Origin: Felis catus
Taxonomy: Eukaryota
Length of the DNA stretch: 64,000 bases
Direction of reading: 5' to 3'
Assembly (NCBI RefSeq): GCF_018350175.1
Contig: NC_058368.1
Span: forward strand, 198,588,001-198,652,000
Positions 37,500-49,649 of the stretch are shown one piece after another (the stretch's first letter is position 1; the number at the start of each line of letters is the position of its first letter). The notes below the pieces were generated by a model. It was not told the origin of the DNA, ran no database searches, and saw only the letters and a list, made by a program, of their open reading frames with translations. A program made the position numbers and the translations under genes.

Positions 37500-38900
37500 G
37501 TGTGCGCTAAGCTGCTGTGTACCCTGAGAGACTTCAGGCTGGAGCTGTCCGCTTCCAAGATTCACGTCACCGAGTTCGGGAGGGGCTGCCCCTGTGACAG
37601 GCCTGCTTGTGCCGAGTACATTCCTTAAGCTCCCCTTCAGTGCTCTCTTGAGGCCGCAGAGGCCGCAGGAAATCACTCCGGAGAGTGGCGTTAGGTGTCG
37701 GTGGCTACCACGCCTCCCGATTCAGGACTGGCTTCCTACCGGGGGTGGGAGGGGACACCACGGTTCTTGTGCACTGGAGCGCAGTTCGGCCCCGCTCTAC
37801 CCCGAATAGGCGGCTACGGAAGCACGCAGAACTCGGGCAGTTGCAGCACCGGCAGATTTTCCGCTCTTCCCGGCTCGCTCTTCCGCCTGCGCAGCCCTAG
37901 CCCCCGCCCTCCTCCACCCGGCTCACAGGAACCAGCGCCCTGGCCGCTCCCGCGCTTCTCTCCTGCCACCCGCAGTGGCCCGCTTTTTATAGGCACCGCA
38001 GCCAATGAGCGCTCTCCTTTCCTTCTGCCCGCCCGCCCGGCCAATCGCCGCGCCCCTTGTGTAATCTTCGGCTGCTCGGCCGCTCTCGGCTATTTTCGTT
38101 GTTGCTGGCTTTTTCAGGGGCTGCTCGCTCGCAGCCAGAGAAGCTGCTTTTTTTTCCGGGTTCGGAGCCGTTCCGGATGCTTTAGGCTGCCGGATGTCTG
38201 ATCTCCGAATAACTGAGGCGTTTCTGTACATGGATTATCTGGTAGGTGCGGGGCAGGGGTGGCGTGTCGCCTCTTGGGTCCGACGTGCCCGATGTCCCTC
38301 CGCCTGGAGGAACAGCCTTTTTGCTTTCTTTCTTTGGGATGGGATGCCTTTGGGGTTCTTTCTCCTGCAGCCTGCTCTAGAGCTTTGCTGGGACTCGGAG
38401 GGTCGACTGGCGGGGCAGAGATGGGTGGCGGAGCTGACAGGTAAAGGTGCGGCCCCGGCCACCGCGCTGCGGGGAGAGGGGCGTGCTGGGGCTGCCAGGG
38501 AGAAGGGGCCGCGGAGGTGGGGGCGTCCCCTGCCCGAAATCGGGCTCTTTGCTTCCCTCTGCGCTCCCTGCAGAGGACTTTCTTTCCCGGGAGGTAGGAG
38601 TTTTCTGCTCTCTCTTTTAGCAGAACTCCAGGTACTATTAAAGAGCCATAACCAGAATGGCTTACTAAGTGCCCGGCAGCCCCAGTCATTTGGTTGTTAT
38701 TAGATCTCTAAAGCTATGACCTCGGCCGCGGTGAGGTTTTAAAAGCACATTACCGTAAAGTAGACGGGACTAAACTACATCGCAGTCCTGTCGGGACTGG
38801 GTAAGGGCAGGCATTGTCCCACCGTTGTTGTGGTGGGTGCATGTGGCTTATGCCCTGGATCCCAGCTGTGCTTTTTAGGCCGGGCTTGTGCTGAGAAGTT
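37500..38900 (+). promoter_or_regulatory. ARL15: CpG-island promoter and 5' UTR of ARL15
   Basis: Sharp rise in GC and CpG density. CCAAT boxes at 38002-38006 and 38041-38045, GC boxes (CCCCGCCC ~37901-37908; CCCGCCCGCCC ~38028-38038) and ETS-like TTCCGG/CCGGAT motifs at 38154-38195. Confidence 0.9.
38194..38241 (+). CDS. ARL15: ADP-ribosylation factor-like protein 15, coding part of exon 1 (16 codons, phase-0 intron follows)
   Basis: Translation MSDLRITEAFLYMDYL matches the mammalian ARL15 N-terminus as I recall it. It is followed directly by the donor CTG|GTAGGT at 38242 and lies in a CpG island. The expected continuation (CFRALCCKG...) was not seen downstream in this window. Confidence 0.95.
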
Positions 38901-41364
38901 TAGGTGGGAAGTGTCAGCACAATGCTGGGGCTGGACATTATTTTGATAATGAACTCGAGTTTTTGTGGAATTATGCAAGCATCATGTATTGTTCCAGAAA
39001 TTCTATTTCCCTAGAGCTGCATGTTTGTGTTAGGGGGATCCTCACTGACATTGACTGTGTTCAGTCCTATACAATTACCAGGTTTACCTTGTTACCGCTG
39101 TTACGCAGAGTTGAAGTAGCTGGCTAAAAACACTGACCCTTCTGTGATCTTGTTGGACACATGCAGACGGTTGATTGTAGATTGGCCTGGCAGAGATTTG
39201 CTAGTGCCTTCTAGGAATTAAACTTAATGCTGTTCTAAGAAAGACTGTGAATGCTTTCATGATCAAGAAACGCTGGATACGGGCTGGTTTTGTAATGCTT
39301 TCTCGTATTTGGACTCATTCTAGTTTATGTGAAAGAGAGGTTTCCCCTAAAGCTTAGTGGTTTGATGTTGTTTGTTTGTTTTTGTGTTTTTTGTGGGGGA
39401 GGATGCTGGTTGAAGTTTATGCATGACCTTGTGTGTGGAGCAGAGACAAAAAATTCTGAGTTGGAATTCTGATCATTCGTTGATGTCAGTTATCTTTGTG
39501 ATAAAGGGACATTATCCACCCACAACTGGAGCCAGTTTAAGGAGGTTATCTGATTGTGAGTGTTCTTTAAAATTCGAAGTGTCATGTAGGTTAAGAGTTG
39601 CCAAGTGTTCCTTAGGTTTTCTGAATTAAATAACTGATTATTTTGTAGCCTGTCTTGTAAAATCCAATGCTCTGGTTTTGTTTTGCAGTTCTCAAAGCCA
39701 GAGTTTGTTGGGATAATTATCAAATATGAAAGGTAATTACCTGTACTACTGAAAGCTAATATTGGATACTTAAGTAGTGCCTAAATAGGAAGTCAGGTGG
39801 TTCTGACCATTATATTTATTTCTTTTACTGGGTGAATTTTAAATTTACCAATAGCATCACAAAGCTGAGGTGCCAAAACCACCTAACCACTTGGGGGTTG
39901 GGGGTTGAAAATTGGTTTATTACTTAGGTGGATTGTCTGAAGTTGGTGAATGAATGTTTGTGGGGCTTTAGGGTACCTTAAAAGTAGATTCATTTCTATG
40001 TCAATTTAATAGGTTTGTTGTACAATCACTGGGCCCCAAATTTGACACAGCTTTTTGATTTTTACCTGCCACGCCCCCACACGTCCTATTGCATTGGTAC
40101 TAAAAATATCATTTTGTCCCTTTAAGCTTTAAAAAAAAAATCACAGCTGTAGTGAAACTGTTACATAAAAATCATTGGCTACTCATTGGAGATGAGAAAA
40201 GTCTTAAAGGAAGTAAGTCAGTTTTTATGAGTGTGCCAAGTATCCCCTGTGAAAACACTTAAGAAAAGCCTTAAGGATGAAGTCCAATTTTCCCATCTAA
40301 TTTTTCAGTTAAAAAGACGCACCTCTCCCGAGGTGGTCTTTTGTGTTTACTTCTTATCAACTCTGAAATAATGAGGTGCCACACATCATTCCTTTCTTCT
40401 TGCCTTTCAAATGGACTTATTTGCCTGTATATAATCTTTATGTGGTGTGTATTAAAAACCAGTTTCTAGGGGGAAAAAAAAAACAATTCTGTTGACTGCA
40501 TTTGGGATCTCATTTTTAAAACCAACTCCCAAGTTCTTTGACTTCCAGGAAAAAAAAAAAATGCTCCTTTCATTAAGAGTTTGGCTCTTCGGATTTTGCT
40601 GAGCTTGTGGGCTAGAGCGAGCTCCCTGTCCGTGCACTTGACAGGAATACTGGTGTGTGCTGTCTTTTCTTTTTTAATCAGGTACTTGACTTTGCTTGCT
40701 GCTGTTGGAAACTGGAAGAGGGAGCTGTATGTATTGTCCATTATTCTTTGGATGGCATGTCATCACTTAACCTTTTAGATTTGGAGGAGAGTAGAACAGA
40801 GAAAGGTACAGGTGCTATTTTTAACAGCTTTTAATAGGACTGTGGATATTAAAACAAATGAAGCTCTCTGTTCTTTGAGGTTGCTTTTGTCTTAAATATT
40901 CTCAGAGGTGACCAATAGGGCGAGGAACAGGGATGATGCCTTAATATTTAAGACAGGGTTTTTAATTTCAGTTCAGAGATATAGTAGCTAACTTGCTAAT
41001 TCTAAATAATTAAATATCAGCCAGTGTTCAGTATTTGAAATGAATGAGACAGAGGGACAATTCTACTTTTCTCACCAGCTTCTAAGCTGAGACCAGATAA
41101 AATCTGTTTGGATTAGGTGTTTTGTTCTAGGGAATGCAGAATGTATCCTTTACACTTCAAGATTATCAAGATTATTTGTGTAGCCTGGTGGCAATTTAAA
41201 TATAAAAATCTCATGTTTTCCAGTTAAGAAAATTGTTGTAGGAAGTCACATACCTTTTCTCCATTTTCATGATGGACCTTAAAGGCTATGTTCACATGTG
41301 TCAGGTCTGTGGGTAAAGATTTTGTTCCTGTTCCAATAGGCAGGACCAGCATCTTGCCCTTTTT

Positions 41365-41740
41365 CTGTTGTTGTTAACTTATTTAAACTCTAGTGTAGTG
41401 CTGGTTTCAGGAGTAGAACCCAGTAATTCATCACTTACGTACCACACCCAGGCTTATCCCAGCAAGTATCCTCCTTAATGCCCATCACCCATTTAGTCCA
41501 TCCCCCTACCCACCTCCCCTCCAGCAACCCTCAGTTCTATTGTGTTTCTTAAATTCCACATATGAATGAAATCCCAGGATGTTTGTCTTTCTCTGCCTGA
41601 CTTATTTCACCCCCAAACCAAATAATTCATTGAAGAAATGGGCAGAAGACATGGATGGACACGTTTCCAAAGAAGACCTCCGGATGGCCAGCAGGCATGT
41701 GAAAAGATGCTCAACAGCACTCATCATCAGAGAAATACAA
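41365..41740. mobile_element. L1 insertion with 5' inversion (minus-strand 3' UTR 41365-41610 joined to plus-strand ORF2 piece 41611-41740)
   Basis: Strand switch at ~41610; the plus piece translates [41 protein letters not shown] (L1 ORF2). Degenerate TSD at 41351-41364 and 41741-41754. Confidence 0.8.
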
Positions 41741-43180
41741 ATCTTACTCTCTTTTGACAGGTAGACCTAGCAAGACCACGTGCAGAGGTTTTTGAATAAG
41801 GCAGGAGAAAATCAAGTTGTAGTGAAAGAGAGACACATCTACCGGGTTTTCCTGGGAGGTTGCACAAGAACTTCTAGATTTCTTTCAGTTTCAAATTTTC
41901 TTTGTCTTCACTCCCATTGATTGGTGAGGATTTTACCTTTTTCCTCGTCCTGGCATCAAAACCATAAAACTTTCTGCTTTGTATCCTGCCCGTGATGATT
42001 AAATGAGATCATGGAGGGAAAGGGCTTTATATAAACAGCACATTGTTTTTCAGATATGAAATGTTAATGTATCGTGATTACATTACTTATTGTTAAACCT
42101 TAAGACCTTAACGACCTCTCACTGGTAAATATCGGGCTAACTTTTAAACTAGTGCCAGGATGTGGAAAGGTTTGGAGCAGTAATCAGCAAGTAGGATGTC
42201 ACAAGACCGTTGCTTGTTTAATACTTATGAAAATAAACCACCTTTAGATATTTTCATTAATCCATTCAACAAATATTTATGGAACCCCTGCTTTGTGCAT
42301 GGCCCTGAAAGTCATGGGGGACGAGCTCCCTGCTGAGATCCCCTTGGCTGTGGGACTGCCAGGCACGTGGCTCTAGGGGAGTCTGTGGCAGGACAGGTTG
42401 CATAAGGTGCATAGGAGAGGAGACAGCTTCTAATGTGCTCCTTGGCTTTCTCCTAGGTTTCTCATCTTATGTGTCTTTGTTTTCTTGTGAACTAAAATGC
42501 AGAGTTAGACTTGAAAATGTGACAATTAGCAGCCATGACTAATCCAGCATTTTTAGTGGTCAACCAGTGATCACTGCATTTATATATTGTCTTTGAATTT
42601 AAGGCCAGGGTTCTAGATTTCTTGTAGAGATTGGTGAACCCAGCCTAGTTTTTTGGTCCTAGGCTGTACCTGCCGTTAGAAAGATTTATGTGTCAGTGGG
42701 GAAGATTGAGAAGGTAGTTTGGTTTTTATTCTGTAAATGGTGATGGAACTTGGGCTGACTAACCAACCAAGAACAGGAACTCCTGATGTACTTCAAAGAA
42801 TGGAGCCTATAGGTTCTAGTAAGTTGTAAATGTGCCCATTTGAAAAAAAGGGGTGAAGGCACATTAGGATTTTATCTGGTGTTTCATTATGTTTAAAAAG
42901 TGTGCTGCTTTTTAACTCTGAAGGACTCTGAACATAAGCTATGTGTTCGGACTGTGGTCAAATTGACTGTAACACACAGGCCAAACATTGTTTAGTCCTA
43001 ACTGTAATTGGATTAGCCATGTAAATATTCTTTTATTAATCATAAGATTAAAATAATTCAAATGCAGATTAACCATCTGGAGTTGTCATTGCAAAAATGG
43101 TTGAACATCTGTACCATTAAGCAGTAACTCTGATGTAGAGGCATTAGCTCTGGTTCTGGAGATTCTGTTGCTGCAGTCCT

Positions 43181-43410
43181 TTTTTTTTTTGTTTTTTTGT
43201 TTTTAAGGTTTATTTTGAGAAAGACCTTGTGAGTGGGGGGGAGGGGCAGAGAAAGAGGAGAGAGCGCCAGTAGGAGACTATGAATTCCAAGCAGGCTCTG
43301 CCCTGACATCACAGAGCCTGATGCCCTGACATCACAAAGACAAGAGATCATGACCTAAGCCAAAACCAGGAGACAGATGCTTTAATAGTCTGAGCCACCC
43401 AAGCAACCCC
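43181..43410 (-). mobile_element. CanSINE with internal rearrangement
   Basis: T-rich tail and SINE body; TTGCTGC on both flanks. Confidence 0.88.
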
Positions 43411-43919
43411 ATTGCTGCGGTGTTGAGTCTTGAAATAGACTCCTAGGAAAAGACCCACAGGAGAAATGATTGATGCCCTCCGGAAGCCTAAGCCACGTGC
43501 TTGTTGGCATGGTGGGGGTGTGTGTGGGGAGTTAAGTATGAGTTACGAGGATAAATCAGTTAACATTTACTGAGCACTTACTATGAGCCAGACAGCGTTG
43601 TAAGCACTTTCCTGAGAAATGGTATTAAAATGAGTCTCAGTAGAGAGGTGGTTTCCCCAGTTTGACACAGCTAGCAAGTAATAGAGCTGGGCTTGCGGAC
43701 TTCCTCCCAGCTTGGTGTTAAAGCTATCGGGAGATGGTTGAGATTCTTAACAATGTTTTTCACGTAAATACTGTGCTGCTGCTTAAGTAAAGGGTAAAAC
43801 ACCAGGAGACTTGAAGAGACTGATTGACATTCTCTTGTTCTCAAGGACTTGGCCATGCTAAATGGAGTGTTAAGGAGAAGGCGGGATAGAAAGCACTGTG
43901 ATGTAGGGGGAGTCGGGGA

Positions 43920-44037
43920 GGGGGGGCTCAGTCGAGCATCTGGCTCTTGATTTCAGCTCAGGTCATGATCTCACAGTTTGTGGGATCGAGCCCCTGCAGC
44001 ATCCCATTCCATGCTGACAGCTCGGAGCCTGTTTCAG

Positions 44038-44075
<38 letters not shown>

Positions 44076-44124
44076 CCTCCCCTGTTTGCATGCGTGTTCT
44101 GTTTCTCAAAATAAATATTAAAAA
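43920..44124 (+). mobile_element. CanSINE
   Basis: GGCTCAGTC...GGTCATGATCTCACAG core, long (CT)n at 44040-44072, A-rich tail. Confidence 0.9.
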
Positions 44125-44757
44125 TGTGTCCAGAGCTTCCTGCCCCCTAGTGTCCTGACTCTGGTCACTGAGGTGACCGTCAGCATCTAATGTTTCATCA
44201 AGTGACCACAAATGGATTTCTGGGCAACCCTGTTAGCCCCCTGCTGTCACTTCAGGAGCACCTTCTTCCCTGTCACAAGCCCCAGTTCTTTTCTGAAGAG
44301 GTCACTGAGATGGAGGAGGTATTTGCCAGTTTTTCTGAGGTCCTCTATGCTCCTTTACCAAGTGCTGCCTGGGGAGGGAGGCTGTCCCTAGCAGACCCTA
44401 GGCCCCACGTAGCCTCTTGCTTACAGATTTCAGTTGGGCACAGCCCCCTGATATTAAGTATAAAGAATGTATTTGTTTTGTTTGGCTTTGTTTTTAAGAA
44501 TTTGTAGACTGGAAAGACTTTTAGCGAGGTCTGCTAACTGTCACGGAGAACAAACAGTATTTTTTCTGATAACTTCTCACAAATTGAATTAACGATGGGC
44601 TTCTATTTTCAAGCCTCAGCCCCCTTTCGTTATGCTGTGGCTCTCCCCCTGGCATCTCCCCAAATGCTTCAAGCGTTTGGATGAGTTTAGGAAGCTCCGT
44701 GCTTGTCGACCTTCATTTTCAAGTGTCTGCGAAGTGTTTGAGCACATGGACTTCTAG

Positions 44758-44912
44758 CGGGGCTGTCTTCAAGGGCGTGTGGCCATGGGGGCCCCATTTA
44801 GAAGGGCCCCACGCTTCCTTTAATGCTCTGGGGTTACTATCTTCTTAATTTGTGACGCTTTGCAAACATTTTCATTTTGCACTGGGCCTCACACATGAGG
44901 TAGCCACTTCTG
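44758..44912 (+). mobile_element. MER53-like hAT fossil
   Basis: AGAAGGGCCCCACGCTT..TTTAATGCTCTG...CATTTTCATTTTGCACTGGGCC. Confidence 0.7.
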
Positions 44913-46015
44913 ACTTCTAGTGCCAACGATGTGTGACTCTCCCTTGAGTGGCCCAGGGTGATGGCTATTCTGTCACCTGCATCAGGGCAGGGTCCCTGAC
45001 CCTCTTGCCCACCACCAGAATCAAAGAGGGGACTGTGTACCAAGTGTGGTGCGGAGTGTTTCACTCTTGTCACCTGACTTAATCTCCCCATCAGTCCTGT
45101 TGATCAGATGCTACCATCTTACAAAAACACTGCTTTAGGAAAGAGGGAACTTGAAGTTCAGGACGGTGGCATATTGGCCAGTGGAGTGTTAGCTAGCCAG
45201 TGAGTCTGGCTTGGCGGATTCCAAGCCCATGCTTAGAAGCCCTTAGGACCGCCCACCTAATAATAGTTGTCGAGAGGATGAGAGGGGCCGCATGAATCAT
45301 AGACACAGTGCTGGCGATTGAGGGCTCACTTGATTGTGGTCACTTGGTTTCTCGGGAGAAGCCCTCCTAGGAGTTCAGGGATAGCCCAGTTCCTGCTGGG
45401 GCAACTGCCTGAGTTTGTGCCTTGGGGTGACAAGGCCTTCATTTGTTTATCCGTTTTCCTCTACTCTTTTGCATAAAGGTTGGCGTTCTGCTTTTTGGCT
45501 CACAGCCACATTACAACTACATGGTTTTGAGAGGAACTATTTGAAAACTTGGATTTGCAGAATGGTCTATTTATCAGGTTCCTTTGTACCTAGATTTGCT
45601 GAGCACTGCTCTGACCTCTGGACTGCTCCTCTCAGGGTTGAGGACTTATCTCCTAGTAATTGTGTCCGTGTCTCCCCAAGAGGGATTCCTGGGGGTTTTT
45701 CAACAGCGTTAGCTGCCTCTCCAGCCTCACTCTTGGGGAAAGTGGATGACTGTCCAAGTCTTCCCTGGACCATCGATGGAGGCACAGAAGGACTATACCT
45801 GTTCCTAATCAGTCCCCTGATCATGGAGTCAGGAACTAAAACAAAATACAACCCTTTCAGAGTTTTATTTTTAATACAAATATTCTGAGTACAAGTATTC
45901 AGGAAAATACAGAAAGCAACACAACCTACTTCTGTGTACCTACTTCTCTGATTGACAGTTGTTACCATCTTGTGATTTTTGACTTCAAAACTCTGCTTTA
46001 AAAAACAAAAAAACA

Positions 46016-46230
46016 GGGGCGCCTGGGTGGCTTGGTTGGTTGGGCGTCCGACTTCAGCTCAGGTCATGATCTCACGGTCCGTGAGTTCGAGCCCCGCGTC
46101 GGGCTCTGTGCTGACAGCTCAGAGCCTGGAGCCTGTTTCAGATTCTGTGTCTCCCTCTCTCTCTGCCCCTCCCCTGTTCATTCTCTGTCTCTTTCTGTCT
46201 CAAAAATAAATAAATGTTAAAAAAAAAAAT
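46016..46230 (+). mobile_element. Young full-length felid CanSINE (SINEC_Fc-like)
   Basis: Near-consensus with CpGs and the B-box GAGTTCGAGCCCC retained; perfect 16-bp TSD TAAAAAACAAAAAAAC at 45999-46014 and 46231-46246. Confidence 0.95.
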
Positions 46231-47074
46231 TAAAAAACAAAAAAACTCTAAGGCTAGAGCTAAAGCTTGCTGCTCCCATTTCTCTGTGCCAGTTAGTGGG
46301 TTTCATTCTCAAGCATTCTGTTTTTTTCCTTTTCTATACTTGCATGTACGTATAAGGAATATACTAACGATGTGGTGAATGTAATTTTACAGCAATGGTA
46401 ACATACCACCCTTTTTGAAACGTGTTTTCTGTTTTCGAGATCAATAAACGTTGCTTGTATGTATCAGTAGATACTTGGTTTTTCATATTTCTGGTTTGGA
46501 TATGACATTCATGCTTCTATATGTAGAGATCTTATTTGGATTTTGTGAGAAGCTCAGAGAATAGGTGTTGGTTTGGAGGCGTGGTTTGTACATGCTTACT
46601 TGTTCGTATTACACAATAAATCCTATAAAGCTTGCACTTCAGTATTAGGATTCCTATCTTACAGTTGATAATCATTTTGTATTCCTACTAATATATGTAT
46701 ATGTACATACACATATTCTTGCCTATGTAAGGATGTGGATTATTTTGCTAACATATTTATTATTAAAGTAAATGGAAATTCGGAAAGCACGATGGGGACA
46801 AAGTTGTAATCCGGTAACCGACAAAGAACTAGTTAACATTTTCAACCCTGCATCGTAATGAAGGGAGTTTTATAACCTGCTTTTTACATCTGTGAATATT
46901 TAAGTTTCTCCTCATTGATCTTCTGCATTATAATACTGACCATAATTTTCTTAACTAATCACCTTTCCATTGAAAATTTTATATTCCAATTTGGGCTGTT
47001 ATAAATAACACTGAATTGAATATTCTGCATAAATTCCTGGATATTCTATGCTAGTATATTGTCAGGAGTCGTAG

Positions 47075-47240
47075 TTCTGTGGTATTTAAATACATCTTAG
47101 TATGAAAAGGGGTTCCAGTGCTAAGGAAGTTTAAAAACTGGGTCAGACAAAGTTAAACAAGTTTCTTTATTGCACAGCCTTTAATATGTGGATGTACATG
47201 GTGAATCTCTAAAAGGGATTGATAACATCCAGTGTTTCTA
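47075..47240. mobile_element. MER103-like hAT-Charlie fossil
   Basis: ACAAAGTTAAACAAGTTTCTTTATTGCA..AGCCTTTAATATG...GTGAATCTCT motif. Confidence 0.55.
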
Positions 47241-48714
47241 TTCTGGGGTATTTTTGTTTTATGATCAAGTTCTAGAAGTAGATTTGTAGGGTCAAAAGGT
47301 ACCTGCGTTTTAAAGCTCTTGACACTGATTAAATAAGTTAATATTTGTAATGTACTTAGAACAGCGCCTGGTTATAATCAGCCAGTGTTTAAGTCAAAGC
47401 TGTGTAATAAAGTTAGTGATAATGATGATGATTATTGATAATTTACTCTCCGATTCTGCAGGAAGTGCTTACTATGGGATTCTACTCTTCCTTTAGACTT
47501 TTCTCCAACCCTGAGAGGTGTAGGAATGTTTGTTCCTGTCTTGTGGTTGGGGAAACCGAGGGTCAGGAGGAGTGGAGTAATCACAGTTGCCTCGGTTGTT
47601 ATAAGGGTTGGTGACATGTCCGTGATCTTAAACTGTACCTATCCTTGCAGCAGAGAAGAAAAGAACCTTGAAGTTGTGTATTTGATTCCTAGGTATTCCT
47701 CCTATTACCTGTGTGATCTAAGGTGTTTTCCAAATCTCAGTCCATAGCAAAATAGAAAAATCAGGAAAGTGTTGCAAAATAATTACAAATTTACAGACTT
47801 AAATTTGCAATATTGTTCCAACTTTTTGTAGGTATTAGAATCTACTGTCTATTCTGAAATGATAGTGAATGATAGTGTCTCTCTCAATGTCATTACCTAG
47901 CAGAATAAAAAGATGATATTCCTACATTCTCCGGGTTTTCTTTTTTTCTTTTTTCTTTTTTGGTATGGATGTAAGTATATATTTAGAATGTACTTATTTC
48001 TAAAACCCCAAATACCGGAACCTAATCTAAGACAAATCACTCCAAACTACAATTTTCTCCTTTGCAAGATTCAGACAGCATGAGAGCTTGCCTCTGTGAT
48101 AACAGCATAATGAAACTGTAAAGTTCTTTAAAAAAAAAAAAAATCACCTTAGATTTTTTTGAACTGATTGGTATGGGTCCATGGGACTCAATGTAATGGC
48201 GTCGATAGAAGGAGGGGTAGGCAAGTGTAGATAAAGTGAGCCTCTATGTACGTCCTTGATTTCTCCCACCTCCTGCCCCTCATCAGTGACACCTTGGAGA
48301 GTTTTCTTCAAAACTGGCAGTGTACAATTTTTGTGGCGTTAACCAAACATTGTGTAGGAACACGTTGTGTACTCTTTAAGAGCTAGACATCAAAAAGTTG
48401 TCCTTGACCTTGGATAAAACTTTTTTTTGTTTTTGGTTTCTTTTGCAAAAAGAAAAATCCCAAAAAGAGTGTTGATTTTTTTTTTTTAAACTATCATTTT
48501 TTTTTTTTTTTTTTTTTACTCCCTCCTTCCCTCCTATTCTGATTCAGAATTTTTAAGACCGCATTTGTGACTAGTAAACAATCTTATTTACAAAACTTAG
48601 GGCTTTTTTGAGGGTTGAATGAGATAATGAATACATTGTACTACTTGAACACAGGTGCATGCTAGCTTTATAGAATACCTTATTTCTAATTTTCATTCAC
48701 TCAATTTAATTGTG

Positions 48715-49255
48715 CACTTTACTGTAAGTGATGCCTCAAGTCTAGATAAATATATATGTACCTGAATCTTGGTATCACCCCCAAATAGAGATGTAAAACA
48801 TTTCCAGTACTCCAGAAGGCTCTCTTGTGTCCCTTGCCAGGCAGCACTGACATACATTAGTTTTGCCTGATTTTGAACTTGACATAAATGGAATCAAAAT
48901 ATACTTACGACTTCTTTCAGCATGCCTACAATTCATCCTTCTTGCATTAATCAGCAATTTATTTTTCATTGCAGTGTAATTATGAGTCTATCTGTTGTAT
49001 TATTGGGCATTTAGACCATTCTCAGTTGATACTGGAATCTGGTCCAAACATTCTAGCACATACTTTTGGTGGCAATATTAATTTCTTTTGGGTACGGTGG
49101 AATTTCAGGTTCGTTGGGTATATCTATGTTCAGGTTTACTAAAAACTGCAAAACACTTTTCCAAAGTGGTTGTACCAATTAGATTTTTACCAGTATAAGA
49201 GTTCCAGTTATTTTATGTCTTCACCTATACTTCTTGTATTGTCCGTCCTTCTGTC
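48715..49255 (-). mobile_element. Ancient L1 (L1ME-type) 3' fragment
   Basis: AACATTTCCAGTACTCCAGAAGGCTCTCTTGTG...TTTTGAACTTGACATAAATGGAATCA...TTTTCCAAAGTGGTTGTACCAATT. Confidence 0.75.
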
Positions 49256-49649
49256 TACCTGTTCCGACGGCTATGTACTCCAGAGAAATTTAAAGTTGTC
49301 CAAAGCTGCTTTTTTTTTTTTTTTTTTTTTAACTTGAAGAAGTTCCTGGCCATATTCTGAAATTCCTGCACTATTCAGCTGTGTGGTTCACTTAAATTCT
49401 GACATGCTGAAGTGGTACCATGGGAGTTAATTGACCTGATTTTGTTCCTGGCTTTGCCACCAACCAGATGTGGAGGTTTGGGCAAACCAGTCAGTCTCAT
49501 TAACTTGTTTCTTCATCTATAAAAAGATGGGATTAATTAGGTGACCTCAAATGTTTATTTCATTTCAAAAGTTTTTAGTCCTTCGATATCCTTCCTGGAA
49601 TAGTGATCTCTCCCATTCTTCTAATTTTACTTAAGGGATAAATTGCATC

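Noticed and set aside
37685..38689. Several long overlapping ORFs on both strands (168, 191, 102 aa)
   Set aside because: Stop-codon scarcity in a CpG island; Pro/Arg/Gly-rich with no recognisable domain.
38194..38703. 169-aa ORF starting at the ARL15 ATG
   Set aside because: Only the first 16 codons are ARL15; the rest reads through the GT donor into GC-rich intron.
46016..46095. tRNA-like A/B-box sequences
   Set aside because: tRNA-derived SINE heads, not tRNA genes.
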